NCBI GenBank assembly: GCA_945827465.1
Contig: CALZOH010000001.1
Coordinates: 1 to 57,916, forward strand
Direction of reading: 5' to 3'
Length of the DNA stretch: 57,916 nt
Origin: an uncultured Prevotellaceae bacterium
GTDB lineage: Bacteria > Bacteroidota > Bacteroidia > Bacteroidales > Bacteroidaceae
The notes beneath the pieces are model-generated. The model searched no databases. It worked only from the letters and a program-made list of their open reading frames with translations, and was not told the DNA's origin. Both the position numbers and the translations under genes were made by a program. Below, one piece after another: positions 18,687 to 27,871 of the stretch. Each line of letters opens with the position of its first letter. Positions within the stretch are counted from its first letter, which is position 1.

Positions 18687-19901
18687 TTACAATTGATAGA
18701 TGAGATAATCGCCGGGAAGCAGTCGATGACGTTCCGTCGAACCTGCCTTCACGCGTACACTGCGGCCGTCCTTCAAGATACGGCTCACTTTCTTGACGAT
18801 TCCCAGGCTGACATTCTGTGTATGCTTCAAGTCACGATTCACAATCATCAAGTATTTGCTTCGTCCGTTCTTTAAGTTCGACACCAACAAACCTTCACCG
18901 TCAGTCGTCAGGTCTTTAAACGAAGCGGGTAAAGCCTTGTAGGGTTGTGTTCCAATCGGAATTTGCTTTCCGGTATGTCCCACTTCGGTTGCTACGGCGC
19001 CTAAAAAGACGCGTGCTTGGCTCTGTATCTCGTAATTGACGCTTTTTACGCGATAATATACCTCCGTACGACGTCCTTTGGCGTCGATTGGAGCGTCATG
19101 AAAGTCCCACGAATCTGTAGGAGGGGTCCAATACGTAAAATATTGGATGCACTGAGCTCCGTAGGCCAAGGCACTGAAAGCTTCTATGCGCAAATGCTCC
19201 GTGGTGGGGATGGGATAGAACACATGCGCCGTCGACAGACAGAAGGCCCAGAAGGGACAGCCCCGACGCAGGCTCGTACGACGTGCACTCTCCAAGTTTC
19301 CGTAAAATTCTCCTCTCAAAAAGATGTTTTTGCCATCGTCCATCACGGGATACTGGTCATAAGAGATCATGGGCAGGTTGATTTCGTCGGCAAAACGGTC
19401 TACATACTCATCGTACGAGGCTGTACCGAGGTCCTTCGGCGCTACCATGTTGGGCAACAGGTTCAGATACATCAAGTGGTTCTTGTCGGCGGCATAGATT
19501 CGGTCGCGAAATCCTCGCAAGTCAGCGAACTGCGTAGCCACCGGTTCGTCTCTCAGGAACCAAACAGCCAAGGTGGGCTCCTTACGATAGCGTTTTACGG
19601 TTTCAGCTGTCTTCGTTTCAAGTTCGGAGCACATGGCTACAATCTTTACTCCCGTTCCACGACTGGCTTTGAAGGCTTTCTCCAAGTCGGCATTGCTATA
19701 AGTGTGCGAAAACGAGAGGTTAAAGCCTGCATTGCGAAGCTCCATGAAGCGTTGACGGGTCAGGTTACTGTCTGACACCATCGAGTACCAGGCCAAAATG
19801 GGGAATTCCCGTCCGGTAGGATTCTTGTACGGCAATTGTTTTTCGGCCATCATCGGCACTTGCACCGATAAAAACAAGAGGATGAAGATGAACTTTTTCA
19901 T
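18687..19901 (-). CDS. Uncharacterised exported protein, clan GH-A-like glycosidase candidate
   Basis: Signal peptide MKKFIFILLFLSVQVPMMA. WFLRDEPV resembles the NEP acid/base strand of (beta/alpha)8 glycosidases. Function not established. Confidence 0.7.
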   Translation of the reverse strand: MKKFIFILLFLSVQVPMMAEKQLPYKNPTGREFPILAWYSMVSDSNLTRQRFMELRNAGFNLSFSHTYSNADLEKAFKASRGTGVKIVAMCSELETKTAETVKRYRKEPTLAVWFLRDEPVATQFADLRGFRDRIYAADKNHLMYLNLLPNMVAPKDLGTASYDEYVDRFADEINLPMISYDQYPVMDDGKNIFLRGEFYGNLESARRTSLRRGCPFWAFCLSTAHVFYPIPTTEHLRIEAFSALAYGAQCIQYFTYWTPPTDSWDFHDAPIDAKGRRTEVYYRVKSVNYEIQSQARVFLGAVATEVGHTGKQIPIGTQPYKALPASFKDLTTDGEGLLVSNLKNGRSKYLMIVNRDLKHTQNVSLGIVKKVSRILKDGRSVRVKAGSTERHRLLPGDYLIYQL

Positions 19902-19923
19902 ATAATTGCGATTGATGTTTTCA

Positions 19924-22098
19924 TTACCAGCTTAATTCTACACGGATACCGTCCGGATGATTTTCAAAACTGAGGTGCAAGATACGCGAGCCTTTCTCCC
20001 AGCGCTGTCGACAAGCCTGACTTTCGCCCTGAGCATTGGTCACCTTCACCGTTTTGGGCTCGGCCGGCAGCAGGACACACATCGAATTGGTGGTTTCTAT
20101 CGGACTTTTCACCGTCAACCGGTACGAATCCTCCGTACGCACCTCGTCACTGACGCGTGCCGCCGTTGCAACCACTTGCGGCAGGCTGCGTTGCTTCACC
20201 TTTTTCAGGTCAATCAAGAAGGCTTGTTCGCCGGGGCTCACGGTTTTCTCGTGTAACACGGGCAGTTCAGGGTCGAACAAGTCGATATACTCTCCCTTCA
20301 GGGTCACGTCGTGGTCAGCTACCGGTCCTTCTCCCTCCATCACGGAGAGAAGGGTGTAGACTCCACGCTCTAAATAGAAGTGATTCTTCCATTTCAGCCT
20401 GCCTGCTTTGGCGGAGTGCTCATACGCCCGCTTGACGACGCTGAGGAAGTCCACATCTCCCTCCGTCTGCATCACGAACTCCTTGGGATCTTGACGCAAC
20501 ACGTACACATGGCCGCGTCCGACCTTGTAGTCGGCCCTGTCACCGGACGGACGGATGCCCAACGACTCAAACAAGTGGTCCGAGGGAGCCTCGTAATGCC
20601 GGCCCCGGGTGTTCCACCATTCCTCTACACGCTGGTAGGGGTCGTTGTCACGTCCGCAGTAAACCAGGACGCCGCCGTTGCGCACCCATTGGGCCAGGTG
20701 TTCGTGGGCAGCAGGATCGAGGGGCTTCATATTAGAGTAGGTCATCAGCAATACCTTCACGTCGTTCCACGTTTCGGCGTAGCCTACGTTTTCCAAATGG
20801 GTGATGCCGACCGGAACGCCCCTTTTCAGCAAGGGGAGCGCCAGTCCGTAGAAGTTCGACAACTGTGGGTCGTAGTAGTTGTTGAAGTGGGTCGGACCGC
20901 ATTGGAACATCAGTGAGTTGGCCATCATCACCGAAATGCCCTGATTGCCGCTCACCCGGTTCTTCATCGAGAGCGGCATCTGGTTGAGCGTATTGATCAT
21001 GACCTGCATTTGGGTGGAATAGAAGCGCGGTATGCGCTCTCGTTGGTCTGAATGCGGGCTCGTCCGATATAATCCTTCATAGATTCGGTCGGGCCACGGC
21101 ATCACTTCGTAGTTGTTGTTGCGAGGATAGAGCAATTTTGCCGTGAACGTGGCCTGATAGTTCCTTTTGTAGTCTTGCCAATCGCGTGGCCTGTCTTCAA
21201 TCGGGTCAGTCAGGAAGAAGACCTTGCGCCGAGTGGGTGCCGTCATCGACTCCATGCAACCGTATTCCAGGAAGGCGGTTTCAAATACACGCTCTTTTTT
21301 CACACCATTATAGTAGTTGGGCTCTCGCGAAGTGCCGGTCCACACTTGGGCGATGTAGCCGTCGATGCAATCAAGCGAGGCCAGGCTGGCTTCAGGGCTG
21401 ACGATCCGCCATTGACTGTAGTTGAGCAAGGAGTGAGTGGGAACGTACACGCGTACATTCAGGCCTTTCGTCCGGCCATACTCTTTGGCATACATTCCAA
21501 CCTCGTTCAGGGCACGATAATAGAGCTGATACTTCAGTTTGTTGGAAAGATAGGTGTTTTCAGGCGACAGATGCTGTGCCTTCCATTCTGTACCGTAATA
21601 GGCTTTCCACTCTCTTTTGAACGCGTCACTGTAACCACTGCGTGCCCAAAACTCCGGTTCCTCCAAAAAGATGGCGTCAATACCGGCGTCAATCACTCGT
21701 TTGATTTGCGTCTCCTTGAAGTAGCGAATATAGTTCAGGGTGGGAACGATGTATGGAATCATGTATCCGTGCCTTACCGAGTCATTATTGAGGGCTACTT
21801 GCCCTTCGTCCAAATGCTTCTTTCCGTCCCAGCGCCCGTTGAAGTAGTCCTGATATTCGCCCCAGGCTATTCCGGTCATGAAGTGGGTGACATAGCCGCG
21901 TTCTCGCCACGACTTCACTCGTTCTTCCAAGTCTGTACGTGTACCATAGCACATCACGGCGTCGGCCCGCACGTCTGTGGTGGGCTTCCAGCGTTGAGCG
22001 GTTTGAAACGTGGTTCGTATGCCGTCGTCAACAGCCTGGGCCGCCACCGTTCCACACCAGCAACCCACTCCGACCAGCGTCGCCAAGAGTCGTTTCAT
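19924..22098 (-). CDS. Uncharacterised exported protein (724 aa), TIM-barrel glycoside-hydrolase-like candidate
   Basis: Signal peptide MKRLLATLVGVGCWCGTVAAQA. IDAIFLEEPEFW motif. ATG 22096..22098 overlaps the M18 stop by 1 nt (TGATG on the minus strand). No family recognised. Confidence 0.7.
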   Translation of the reverse strand: MKRLLATLVGVGCWCGTVAAQAVDDGIRTTFQTAQRWKPTTDVRADAVMCYGTRTDLEERVKSWRERGYVTHFMTGIAWGEYQDYFNGRWDGKKHLDEGQVALNNDSVRHGYMIPYIVPTLNYIRYFKETQIKRVIDAGIDAIFLEEPEFWARSGYSDAFKREWKAYYGTEWKAQHLSPENTYLSNKLKYQLYYRALNEVGMYAKEYGRTKGLNVRVYVPTHSLLNYSQWRIVSPEASLASLDCIDGYIAQVWTGTSREPNYYNGVKKERVFETAFLEYGCMESMTAPTRRKVFFLTDPIEDRPRDWQDYKRNYQATFTAKLLYPRNNNYEVMPWPDRIYEGLYRTSPHSDQRERIPRFYSTQMQVMINTLNQMPLSMKNRVSGNQGISVMMANSLMFQCGPTHFNNYYDPQLSNFYGLALPLLKRGVPVGITHLENVGYAETWNDVKVLLMTYSNMKPLDPAAHEHLAQWVRNGGVLVYCGRDNDPYQRVEEWWNTRGRHYEAPSDHLFESLGIRPSGDRADYKVGRGHVYVLRQDPKEFVMQTEGDVDFLSVVKRAYEHSAKAGRLKWKNHFYLERGVYTLLSVMEGEGPVADHDVTLKGEYIDLFDPELPVLHEKTVSPGEQAFLIDLKKVKQRSLPQVVATAARVSDEVRTEDSYRLTVKSPIETTNSMCVLLPAEPKTVKVTNAQGESQACRQRWEKGSRILHLSFENHPDGIRVELSW

Positions 22099-23399
22099 CA
22101 CGGCAACTGATAGAAGGTGGTGAAGGCGCGCGTCGTATAATCCTGGTCGATGGCTGCACCTGTCTCTCTCACGCTGTGCATGGCCCAGATGGCGTTACCC
22201 ATATCTACGCCGCGCAGCGGTAGTTGGGCGGTCAGGATGTTACCCAACGTCGAACCGCCGGCTACGTCGCTGTGGTTGACGAAGTACTGGCATGGTACGC
22301 CGGCCTCCCGACATACCTCGGCAAAGACGGCAGCCGATTCGGCGTCGGTTGCATACTTTTGATTGGCATTGTATTTGATCACCGGACCTCCGCCCAACAG
22401 GGGATGGTTAGTGGGATCTTGCTTCGAGACGTAATTCGGGTGAAGTCCGTGGGCATTATCGGCTGAAACGAGGAACGACTGCTCCAGTGCGCGATAGAAC
22501 CCTTCCCGATCAGATCCGTCTGAGAGGGCCACGCGTTCCAACACATGGCGCAATACGGGCGAATGGGCCCCTTGTTTGGTGCCACTTCCGGTCTCTTCGT
22601 TGTCGAACACGCCCAATACCTGGGTGGCCTCGGCTCCTTCGGCCTGCAACAAGGCTGTCAGACCGGCATGCACCATCGAAAGGTCGTCTAACCGGCCGCT
22701 CTGTATGAACTCTTCGTGCCAGCCCACGAGGCAGGCAGGCGTGGTGTCGTACAGGTAGAGGTCGAAATCGAGTATTTCCTGCTGGTCCACGCCCAATTCT
22801 TCGGCCACAATGCGCAGCAAGAGTCCGTTGTGCTCGAGTTCTTCCTTCAAGAAGCCCAGTACGGGCAGCATGTCATTCTGCTTGCTGAGCGGATTGCCCT
22901 CGTTCACCCCTCGGTTGAAGTGGATGGCCAGATGGGGGATGACCAGCAGGGGTCGCTTGATGTGCAACAATCGCGTCTGTGGACGCAAAGCGTGTTCGCC
23001 CCGAAGGATGACCCTGCCTGCCAGCGACAGCGGACGGTCGAACCACGTATAGAGGATGGCGCCGCCGTAAAGCTCTGTATTGAGGCGGATGCAGCCGCCT
23101 TCGCCTTTCATCTCCGGTGCAGGCTTGATGCGGAAGCAAGGCGAGTCGCTATGAGCCGTTACCAGACGGAATCCGGCTTCGGCCAGGGGCGCACGACCCT
23201 TGCGGAAGGCGAACAGGGCCGAACCATTCTTCCGAACGAAGTAACCCTGCCCTGCTTCCAACTGCGGATAGGGCAAAGCGCTGTCTAACTCGGTGAACCC
23301 GGCAGCCAAAAGCCGCTCGGTGACATATTGTGTAGCCAAAAAGTTGACGGGGCTCCGGTCGAGCATCTCCATCAGGTCTGTAACGGTAGCGTATTTCAT
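22098..23399 (-). CDS. M18-family (aspartyl-type) aminopeptidase, cytoplasmic
   Basis: 433 aa with no signal peptide. M18-like segments read by eye (TAHSDSPCFRIKP, FDNEETGS, SADNAHGLHPNY). ATG 23399 (MKYATVTDL) is 25 nt after the -7 box. Confidence 0.85.
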   Translation of the reverse strand: MKYATVTDLMEMLDRSPVNFLATQYVTERLLAAGFTELDSALPYPQLEAGQGYFVRKNGSALFAFRKGRAPLAEAGFRLVTAHSDSPCFRIKPAPEMKGEGGCIRLNTELYGGAILYTWFDRPLSLAGRVILRGEHALRPQTRLLHIKRPLLVIPHLAIHFNRGVNEGNPLSKQNDMLPVLGFLKEELEHNGLLLRIVAEELGVDQQEILDFDLYLYDTTPACLVGWHEEFIQSGRLDDLSMVHAGLTALLQAEGAEATQVLGVFDNEETGSGTKQGAHSPVLRHVLERVALSDGSDREGFYRALEQSFLVSADNAHGLHPNYVSKQDPTNHPLLGGGPVIKYNANQKYATDAESAAVFAEVCREAGVPCQYFVNHSDVAGGSTLGNILTAQLPLRGVDMGNAIWAMHSVRETGAAIDQDYTTRAFTTFYQLP

Positions 23400-23423
23400 A
23401 TCAAAATAATTGTTGTTGAATTG

Positions 23424-23431
23424 CAAATTTA
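23424..23431 (-). promoter_or_regulatory. -7 promoter box for the M18 operon
   Basis: Minus strand reads taaatttg. Confidence 0.45.
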
Positions 23432-23439
23432 CGATAACC

Positions 23440-23465
23440 CCCTTGAAATGTCGCCGTTTCAAGGG
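23440..23465 (-). terminator. Hairpin terminating the 316-aa gene
   Basis: cccttgaaa (23440..23448) pairs with tttcaaggg (23457..23465): 9-bp stem, 8-nt loop. A second 6-bp hairpin (agtcag/ctgact) lies just upstream around 23480..23504, overlapping the 316-aa gene's stop codon. Confidence 0.55.
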
Positions 23466-23501
23466 AGTTTTCTTGCCGAGTCAGGCTAAAAAAGTGTCTG
23501 A

Positions 23502-24452
23502 CTAAGGTATCTTTGCCTTCTTTCTTTTCTCATTCTTACGGTGTAGGGCATAGAACCGGTCGCGTATTTCGTCCAACGAGCCTATGGTGAGGTAAACATC
23601 ATACGAATACACCATGCCTCGCGTGATGGCGAGCCTGACCAAGGGCGCAAAATAGGAGCACGAGCCCGAAGTGGGACCGCCCGGCCCTTCACCAAACCTG
23701 TAAAGGGTGCATTCGGTGGCGATGGGCGAATAAACTCCGATGCCATAGCCTTTTTCGTCGACGTATGCCGCCCAAGACTCGCTCAACACGGCTGATTCGC
23801 CCCCGGCCGCGTTCGACAACAGCCTCGGAACGAACCGGGTGAGCGTGTCACGCTGCCAAGGTCGGCTCCCACTGTAGGTGACGAAGGTGTTGAGGCTCCA
23901 ATCTGCGAACACCGCAGGCACTTCGTGGGCGCGTTCGGCATGATCCTGCGCCGTTTCGCCCGTGTTGCGAAAGGTATAGTGGACATGCGCCACCATTCCC
24001 TGCAGTTCGATGCGTTCTTCCATCTCACACTCCGTGGCCGGCACTCCGGTGGCCCATTGCACGGGCTCGGTCACCACCCGAACCGACTTCTTCGACCTTT
24101 TCAGCGAGACAATCCTGGCCCGACGACCGTTGCTTCCCCCTCCCTGAATGGGATTCCAGCACCAAGGCGTGTTCCACCACGTCGACCCGTCGGGATTTCC
24201 GTAATAAGACTGCTGCACGAAGCGTCCCTCGTCGGCATGGTTGAGCAGGTTCTTGCGCCTTGAGGCATCCGAGAGGTGGAAGATGGCACCGCCACGCTCG
24301 CGGTCAATGCCGATTTGCAGGCGACCATTGTTGAGATAGATGTCATCGGCCCTACCTTCTTCGGGCCACACCTCCGCCCGAAGCGCGACGGGGTCGGCTA
24401 AGGACCACAGGCAGAGACAAACGGTGAGAATCGGGGTGAGATAGTTCATCAT
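23502..24452 (-). CDS. Uncharacterised exported protein (316 aa)
   Basis: Signal peptide MMNYLTPILTVCLCLWSLA. Trp-rich STWWNTPWCWNPIQGGGSNG. Lys-rich tail RKNEKRKKAKIP. No family recognised. Confidence 0.65.
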   Translation of the reverse strand: MMNYLTPILTVCLCLWSLADPVALRAEVWPEEGRADDIYLNNGRLQIGIDRERGGAIFHLSDASRRKNLLNHADEGRFVQQSYYGNPDGSTWWNTPWCWNPIQGGGSNGRRARIVSLKRSKKSVRVVTEPVQWATGVPATECEMEERIELQGMVAHVHYTFRNTGETAQDHAERAHEVPAVFADWSLNTFVTYSGSRPWQRDTLTRFVPRLLSNAAGGESAVLSESWAAYVDEKGYGIGVYSPIATECTLYRFGEGPGGPTSGSCSYFAPLVRLAITRGMVYSYDVYLTIGSLDEIRDRFYALHRKNEKRKKAKIP

Positions 24453-24474
24453 GTCAGGTTGGTGGCAAATCGAA

Positions 24475-24509
24475 GGAGCGAGTCAAGAGGGTCACTCCCG
24501 ACTCGCTCC
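24475..24509 (-). terminator. Strong hairpin after GH2
   Basis: ggagcgagtc (24475..24484) pairs with gactcgctcc (24500..24509): 10-bp perfect stem. Confidence 0.65.
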
Positions 24510-24535
24510 GAATGGATTCACCCGAGATTGAGGGT

Positions 24536-26383
24536 CTATTTTGCCTTCCAATCACTCAAATCCTGCGGATTCTCGATGATGGACGGTATCTTTTCAAATA
24601 TTTTCTTCAGACGTTCGGTGTCGAACTTGGTTGTACGGTCGTAATAATACACGCCGTTCTTCTCCTGTTCCACGTCGGTGAGCTGCGTATAGCAGAAACC
24701 TACGACATGTTTGCAGCTCTTCAAGGCGTCGATCTCCTTTTCCAAGATGGAATAGAAGTCCTCTATCTTGTCTATGTTGCTGCCATAGCCCCATGACGAA
24801 GCCCGCTCGGACTCTTTGATCCAAGGTAGACCTCCGAACTCGTCTACCATGTAAGGCTGCCCGTTGTACTTGGCCAGGAAGTTCTTCTTGGGCTCGTTGC
24901 GATAAGGCTCGACGCCCGGCTTGAAGGTCTGGTTTTCGATGAGTTTGGCCGGATCACGCGTATAATCATGCACCGTCCAGAGGTCGGTCTTGACGTGTCC
25001 GTCGCCACTCGCGTCGTTCACGGGTCGGGTGGGGTCGGCTGCCTTCGTGAGATTGTACAGATCGGTTACGAACCGCACGTACACGCCGTCACGACTGCTC
25101 CAAGTTTCGTTCAACGGGGTCCATGTCACGAGCGAGGGATGGTTGCGGTCGCGCTCTACAATGTCGATCCACTCTGTCAAGAAGTTGCGCACGGCCAGTT
25201 CGTCGTTGACATCCAGACACCAACTGGGTGATTCGCCCCAGGTGAGGTAGCCCAGACGGTCGGCCCAGTAATAAAAGCGTTCCTCGAACACTTTCTGGTG
25301 CAAGCGGGCACCGTTGAAGCCGACGGCCTTGCTCAGTTCAATGTCACGTTTCAGGGCCTCGTCAGAGGGAGCGGTCCAGATACCGTCGGGATAAAAGCCC
25401 TGGTCGAGCACCAACCGCTGATAATAGGGTTGGTTGTTCAGGTAGAAGTAACCTTTTGAAAGGTGTATCTTGCGCATACCGGCGTAAGACGTCACCTGAT
25501 CAATCACTTTACCGTCCTTGTCGGTCACCGTATAAGTCAGGTCGTAGAGGAAGGGTGACTCGGGACTCCACAGTTTCGGGTTTTTGATGGGGAGTACGAC
25601 GATGTTCTCGTTACAAGCGTTCACCGTCTTCTGCGCCACCGTCTTCTTTCCGTCCAGCAGGGTTACCGTCAAGGTGTTCTCCATCGACTCTTCATAGAAG
25701 ATGGGACGTATCACCAACTGTTTTTGGTCTATATCGGGGGTGGCAATCACCTGTTTCAGGCCTTCGGGATGAACGGGCTCCATCCAAACCGTCTGCCAGA
25801 TACCCGTTGTGCGCGTATAGCTGCAGCCGTACGAATGGAAAAGAGTGCTTTGCTTGCCACCGGGTTGCTTGCCGCTGCGCAAATCGTCGTTGACACGTAT
25901 CACAAGATTGGCCGGAACGCCCGGTTTCACATATCGTGTGATGTCGACAGCGAAGGAGGAGCTTGAGCCGTAATGCTTGCACACCTGCTGACCATCGATG
26001 AAAATGGTGGCTTCATAGTCGACTGCACCGAAGTGAAGCAGTATATTCTGTCCTTTCCAGTCTGCCGGCACCGTAATGCTGCGCTGATACCACATGCTAT
26101 TAATAAAGTCGGTATAGGCAACACCGCTCAACTTGCTCTCCGCACAGAAGGGCACGATGATTTTACCGTCAAATCCTTTCGAGTTAGGGTAGTTACGGTC
26201 CTGCCCTGTCTTCCCAAAGTCGAAAGTGAAGGTCCATTGACCATTAAGATTCTGCCAAACGTTTCTCTCGAACTGAGGCCGAGGATATTCCTGACGCGGA
26301 GTTTGTGCAGTAGCAAGTTCTGTGTGAAGCGATACAAGGCCGCACGCCAACAAACAGATAACGAACAATAAGTTTTTCTTCAT
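24536..26383 (-). CDS. Glycoside hydrolase family 2, exported
   Basis: GH2 sugar-binding domain (NILLHFGAVDYEATIFIDGQQV) and TIM barrel with HPSLVTWTPLNETW acid/base region. Signal peptide present. Confidence 0.85.
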   Translation of the reverse strand: MKKNLLFVICLLACGLVSLHTELATAQTPRQEYPRPQFERNVWQNLNGQWTFTFDFGKTGQDRNYPNSKGFDGKIIVPFCAESKLSGVAYTDFINSMWYQRSITVPADWKGQNILLHFGAVDYEATIFIDGQQVCKHYGSSSSFAVDITRYVKPGVPANLVIRVNDDLRSGKQPGGKQSTLFHSYGCSYTRTTGIWQTVWMEPVHPEGLKQVIATPDIDQKQLVIRPIFYEESMENTLTVTLLDGKKTVAQKTVNACNENIVVLPIKNPKLWSPESPFLYDLTYTVTDKDGKVIDQVTSYAGMRKIHLSKGYFYLNNQPYYQRLVLDQGFYPDGIWTAPSDEALKRDIELSKAVGFNGARLHQKVFEERFYYWADRLGYLTWGESPSWCLDVNDELAVRNFLTEWIDIVERDRNHPSLVTWTPLNETWSSRDGVYVRFVTDLYNLTKAADPTRPVNDASGDGHVKTDLWTVHDYTRDPAKLIENQTFKPGVEPYRNEPKKNFLAKYNGQPYMVDEFGGLPWIKESERASSWGYGSNIDKIEDFYSILEKEIDALKSCKHVVGFCYTQLTDVEQEKNGVYYYDRTTKFDTERLKKIFEKIPSIIENPQDLSDWKAK

Positions 26384-26513
26384 AATGTTTGGTGTATAGC
26401 TATTAATGATTACAAATATCGGCGACGAAGTTACGTAAAAAATAACGGTTACAGCCCGACATTCACGAAAAAAGGACTACCTTCGCATCCTATCCAAACA
26501 AAAATAATGAGTT

Positions 26514-27302
26514 ATGAAGAAGAAAAGATGCCAGTTGGCAACCCTCATCGGGTTGGTCGCTTGCGCTTTGGCGCTGAGTTCATGCCATGACAGCACTAAA
26601 TCGGGTGCGTTGACCGTGGATAGTCTGAAATACGACTCCGTCACCGCCGCCGTGGACTGTAAATTGTCGGTAACCTACCCCGTCGAAGGCGAGCCGGCCC
26701 TGTTGTCGAGCGTAAGAGAGTATCTGAGCGAGAGCCTCGGCGACCTCTACAAAGGCGAACCGGGCAGTGCGAAGGAGTTTACAGACTTTTACGGGCAATG
26801 TATGTTCGACTCTTTGGCTCGAGAGGCCTCAGCCTTTGAGATGCCCTCGGGCGCATCGTACGTCTACTACGGAGAAGTGAAGAAAACCGCCGAAGGAGAG
26901 AAGTTCGTTACCTTTGAAACCTCCGTCTACTCTTATCTGGGTGGAGCCCACGGCAGCACTGTGTTCACCGCAGCAACCTTCCGCAAGAGCGATGGACGCA
27001 AGTTCGGCGAAGATATGCTCAAGGACCGCTACAGTCAGGCCTTTACAGAAGCCATCAAAAGCGGCTTAATGCGTTATTTCAAGGTGCAAAGTGAGATGGA
27101 CTTGGAAAGTTGCCTGCTGGACATCAAGACTTACGCCATCCCCCTGCCTCAAAATCCGCCGTACTTCACCGCTGAGGGCCTCACATTCACCTATCAGCAA
27201 TACGAAATAGCCCCCTACGCAGCCGGAATGCCCACCTTCACCATTCCGTTCAGCCAGGCCCGTCCATTCCTCATTCGCGCCGCCGCCGATTTGATACCGT
27301 AA
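26514..27302 (+). CDS. DUF3298/DUF4163-type lipoprotein (RsiV-like fold)
   Basis: Lipobox LALSSC. C-terminal LTFTYQQYEIAPYAAGMPTFTIPF is typical of DUF3298 (from memory). Confidence 0.7.
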   Translation: MKKKRCQLATLIGLVACALALSSCHDSTKSGALTVDSLKYDSVTAAVDCKLSVTYPVEGEPALLSSVREYLSESLGDLYKGEPGSAKEFTDFYGQCMFDSLAREASAFEMPSGASYVYYGEVKKTAEGEKFVTFETSVYSYLGGAHGSTVFTAATFRKSDGRKFGEDMLKDRYSQAFTEAIKSGLMRYFKVQSEMDLESCLLDIKTYAIPLPQNPPYFTAEGLTFTYQQYEIAPYAAGMPTFTIPFSQARPFLIRAAADLIP

Positions 27303-27340
27303 TCAGGCCCGACAAAGCCCAGATTTCAACCGTACAGGGG

Positions 27341-27363
27341 TGTGGCGCACGGGCATACGCCCT
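27341..27363. repeat. Degenerate hairpin-TIR remnant
   Basis: tgtggcgcacgggcatacgccct followed by cacgtgagcgaaaacgg, the same continuation as at 5542..5558. Confidence 0.5.
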
Positions 27364-27424
27364 CACGTGAGCGAAAACGGAACCAACACCCAACCCAATC
27401 AATCCCCGAAATCAATCGAACAGG

Positions 27425-27545
27425 TGTAGGGGCGTATCGCATACGCCCTGATGTGGGTGAAAACGGAACGATAACGCCCAACATGACACCATCGTTTGAT
27501 GTGCATTTTCCCCGCCATGGAGGGCGTATGCGATACGCCCCTACA
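27425..27545 (+). mobile_element. MITE/REP-like element with perfect 25-bp hairpin-containing terminal inverted repeats
   Basis: 27425..27449 tgtaggggcgtatcgcatacgccct is the exact reverse complement of 27521..27545. Each TIR folds as an 8-bp stem. No coding capacity. Confidence 0.75.
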
Positions 27546-27728
27546 GTTTTTGGGTTAAAACAATCACAACCGATGGTCAAACAAACCGTTTTGATGCCAA
27601 CATGAAACACACAACACCCTCAAACGAACCACGACAAACCTTTAAATAAATACAATTTTAACCCGAAATATTAACATTCATTCAAACAATACCGTTGTGA
27701 AACGGCCGAATCAATCGTGACGATGCTA

Positions 27729-27871
27729 ACTTCTATGTGACATTTTGGCCGTCGCGACTGCAGTTATTATAGAATGTTAAAGCAATTGGGCCGAACAGTT
27801 AATAGCGATACAGACTTCTATGTGACATTTTAACCGTCGCGATTGCATTTGTTAAAGAATGTGAACACAAT
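27729..27871 (+). repeat. Direct repeat, ~85-bp period, about 1.7 copies
   Basis: acttctatgtgacatttt..ccgtcgcga.tgca.tt..ta..agaatgt.aa starts at 27729 and again at 27814. Confidence 0.75.

Noticed and set aside
21175-22110. Long antisense ORFs inside well-supported genes: 21175..22110 (+), 698..1366 (-), 19017..19775 (+), 31180..31983 (+), 33340..33978 (+), 37653..38333 (+), 28951..29667 (+).
   Set aside because: They are shadow ORFs opposite genes with strong family motifs. Their products are low-complexity or Arg/Gly/His-rich with no recognisable domains.
23400-23462. Longer N-terminal extensions offered by the track: 23462 for M18, 11721 for the response regulator, 9658 for purL, 43959 for the cytidylyltransferase, 56553 for the anchored protein, 44867 for SIMPL, 14914 for flavodoxin-like protein 1.
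   Set aside because: Each extension runs through a TAnnTTTG promoter box, a terminator hairpin or the upstream gene. An internal ATG gives a native-looking N-terminus.
27326-27610. Track ORFs 27326..27610 (-) and 27342..27605 (+), and likewise 28036..28302 (-) and 5231..5437 (-).
   Set aside because: They are translations of the hairpin TIR/MITE sequence in both directions (the GAYRIRP / GRMRYAPT peptides). They overlap each other on opposite strands and have no promoter or start context.
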